64,000 bases of DNA from Malacoraja senta (taxonomy: Eukaryota), in assembly GCA_038087875.1 (NCBI GenBank), contig JAXLNO010003434.1:62001-126000 (forward strand), in the 5' to 3' direction. The position numbers and the translations under genes are program-made. This document shows positions 61,259-64,000 of the stretch, one piece after another. A model generated the notes under the pieces. The model had not been told where the DNA came from. It saw only the letters and a program-made list of their open reading frames with translations, and searched no databases. The first letter of the stretch is position 1, and every line of letters begins with the position of its first letter.

Positions 61259-62951
61259 TAGCAATGTTACAAAATTTTGAGATTTTAAAAATCAAGTATG
61301 CAATTTATCCCATCAGATAAAGCATAAAAGAAGTTTAATTTGACACCTAATTCACTTTCATATCTTCAGTATTAAAAAAGTTATGGCCATTTTCATACTC
61401 GTAAATTAGTATCTTGTTCCCTATTGCTTTTCCATTGACTTAACACAAAAGCTGTGATCGAGGACAGTCAAAAGCCCATAACGTTCTTAGAAATTAAAGG
61501 CCTGTCTCACGAGTTTGCGATCATTGGCGGTGAAACAGGAAGTATCTACCGCTCGTGGACCGCCAGAGACCACGGGTTCGGTCAAACGCACTCTGCTGGG
61601 GCCGTGCGGCGTTGGTCCCAACACCGCACGGTGCTCACAAAAAAACAACAATGTTGAAAAATCTTTTCCTACCGCACAGCCGCCGCCAGCGAGGCACAAG
61701 TGCAGCACGGGCACCGCCACTGCCGCCGCCAGTGCGGCACGAGCGCCGTGAGTCCAACTTTCACCGCCACAGCCGCCGCCAGTGAGGCAAGTGTGCGGCA
61801 CGGGCACCGCCACAGCCGCCGCCAGTGAGGCACGTGTGCGGCACGGGCACTGCCACAGCCGCCGTCACAGCGCCGCGATCACCACTACCGCCGCCACAGC
61901 CCCGCGATACGAAATGACGTCATCGTGTAGCGCGTCGCATTGCGCGATAATGTCATAGCGTAGCGCATCGCGTTGCGTGATGTCGTCATCACCCGACGCC
62001 GCAGGCTCGTGGAACCGGCCGTAAGGAGATCACTCGGCCCCCGCGCAGCATCCGTGCGGCGCTCTCGCGGTTGTCATGCGGTCCCCTCTTCCGGCGACGC
62101 CGTGCTTCACCGCCAATGACCGCAAACCTGTGGGACAGAGCCTTAAAGAGAACTTAATGAAATTTTCAGTTATTATAGATTGAAGCATTCTGAAACAAAT
62201 ATGAAACAATCTTACTTAGATGACCTGAAATTAAAGCATATAATTAGTTAGTTACCCAATTGTAGCTAATTACAAAATTCAATTACTAGATCTAAATATC
62301 TATCCATTTCTTAAGAAAAAGTTAACATTTTTAAAAAGCCTAAGTGTCCAAATAACATTCACACAAGAATTCACAATAAAACATTATTTTTTAATCTCAT
62401 TGTCATTAATTTATAGGCCAAATGGAAGGAATTTAGTGTTTAATTCCTGTAAATTAATGGCCATTTAAATCATCTTGCGAGTGGGATTTTGTGGAACGCG
62501 CTGGTTTGGAACGTTGCGGTTACACTGAATTAAACCCCAATATCGGCAGGAAAAATACTGCCGGTTGGTATATTTACATAATCACATTTTCGCAACTTGA
62601 AATTTTTATTAAAGGCATCCTAAGAAGCAAGTTTATATGAAAAAATAAACGGTGTACCTTGCCTTGTCCCGTGCGTGAAATCCGTCCCGTTGTCGGCGTT
62701 GACGGCATTTGAAGATGATTTTAATTTTACTCCAACAATTAAATTATAAAGCGCTAATTTTAATAAACTTAATAAAACGGCAGTCGAAGCGATTTTTCTT
62801 CATCAACTATTTAACCTGTTCAAGATCGTTTAGAACAGGCTGCTGAAATATCGCATTTTAAACCCGCCCCCCTCTCAAAGGCGCCAAAGTCGCGCACACG
62901 GGCAGTGACAGAACTGCAGCGCCGCTGAAGGAAAGTTTTGTAACATACCTA
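61259..62951. mobile_element. Non-autonomous DNA transposon, superfamily unresolved, carrying a nested MITE
   Basis: Imperfect ~20-bp TIRs (tagcaatgttacaaaatttt vs revcomp taggtatgttacaaaacttt), gagtatg direct repeat on both flanks. Confidence 0.45.
61498..62143. mobile_element. PIF/Harbinger-like MITE with GC-rich internal tandem repeats
   Basis: ~40-bp TIRs AGGC..tgtc.cac..gtttgcg.tcattggcggtgaa, TAA TSD (61495-61497, 62144-62146), ~43-bp repeats 61672-61870. Confidence 0.8.
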
Positions 62952-63068
62952 GAGTATGTAGTAATATTTTAAAAACAATATTTGAAATGACATAAGACCA
63001 AGACTGCATGAGAAGTCATCTTCTGATACAGTTTAGGATTTGGCAGGAAATGCTAAAAAATATGGTTT

Positions 63069-63361
63069 GGCACGGTGGTGCAGCGGCTGATCTGCTGCCT
63101 TACAGCGCAAGGACCCGGGTTTGATCCTGACTACGGTTTCAGTCTGCAAGGAGTTTGTACGTACTTCCTATGACAGGCGCAGGTTTCCTCCGGGTGCTCC
63201 GGTTTCCTCCCACACTCCAATGACATACCAATTTGCTCAGTAAAATTCTAAATTGTCCCAAGCGTGCATAGAATAGTGATGGTGTGCGGGGATCGCTGGT
63301 CGGCGAGGATTCGGTGGGCTGAAGGACAGGTTTCTGCACTGTATCTCTAAATTAAACTAAA
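63069..63361 (+). mobile_element. tRNA-derived V-SINE
   Basis: ggcacggtggtgcagcgg head, V core, tail. Confidence 0.85.
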
Positions 63362-64000
63362 TACCCAGAAAGCAAGGAAAAGTTCAAGCCTAAGGAGAGG
63401 AAATCCGAATTTGCGTTCTAGACCATCATCATTTAATTTGGCAACTAAATTGTTGCAACTCTATTTACCTCCACAGATGCTGTTGGATCATTTCCAACAT
63501 GTTATATTTCTGTGTCAAGTTTATAGCACCATGTCATTATTTTACCTTATTTTCCACTGAAAATGGAAAGGTTGTTTGATAGATTTGTAATGTAATCATA
63601 GCCTAGAACATGGGTCTTTTGCTGATTAATATTGAGAGTTGAGTCCAGCAATACATTCCTCAGGGCTTGAGCAATTGTGCTCTTGACCTGCTGTGAATAT
63701 ATCAGAGAGAAGAGTAAGGATGTGTAAAAGTGTAGTTAGGCCGGCTGAAGTATGTACATTTTTGAGATGGTAGAGAAAATGGGAAGATGAATCACTTCTG
63801 TTCAGAAGACATTTAACAAGGTTACACTTAAAGTGTTTATAAACATTTGTGAGGTAGGATCAGGTTATTTGACTGGAAGGTAATTTTCCCCAAGTGAATG
63901 TGGGTGGTGGGAAAATTGAGAGAGGAGATTAATTGGAATGTGAGATTTACATGGAAACATAGAAACTACTGTAGGTGCAGGAGTAGGCACGTAAGCCAGA

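Noticed and set aside
61487-61813. GC-rich Ala/Arg-rich ORFs
   Set aside because: Products of the tandem repeat inside a MITE
63069-63140. tRNA-like heads with A and B boxes
   Set aside because: SINE 5' regions followed by V core and LINE tail; no complete cloverleaf

Overview
Repeat-dense vertebrate DNA, most likely a cartilaginous fish (skate/ray-like, judged from its V-SINE, CR1, Penelope and Rex1 repeats). The only host gene I can support is a five-exon, plus-strand, non-classical MHC class I-like gene: leader 1878-1929, alpha1 10996-11256, alpha2 13006-13281, alpha3 14486-14761, TM/cytoplasmic 23993-24222. All introns are phase 1 and GT-AG, and the joined CDS is 1095 nt (364 aa) with no stop or frameshift. 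By eye alignment, it keeps only 2 of the 9 classical peptide-anchoring residues, has a strongly hydrophobic (CD1-like) groove, lacks the N86 glycan site and has Arg in place of alpha2 Cys164. A full-length 6.5-kb L1 with a 15-bp TSD sits in sense 50 bp upstream of the TM exon and carries a 214-bp AT-rich palindrome. Intron-4 read-through could encode a soluble isoform, and a CR1 fragment supplies the C-terminus and stop codon. Penelope-derived tails containing a minimal hammerhead ribozyme motif occur throughout; the two intact copies lie in sense in intron 1. The remaining ~40 kb holds no recognisable host exons: CR1, Rex1, Penelope and SINE copies, hAT and Harbinger MITEs, and a cleanly delimited non-autonomous Helitron. 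All alignments were done by eye and many repeat boundaries are approximate.
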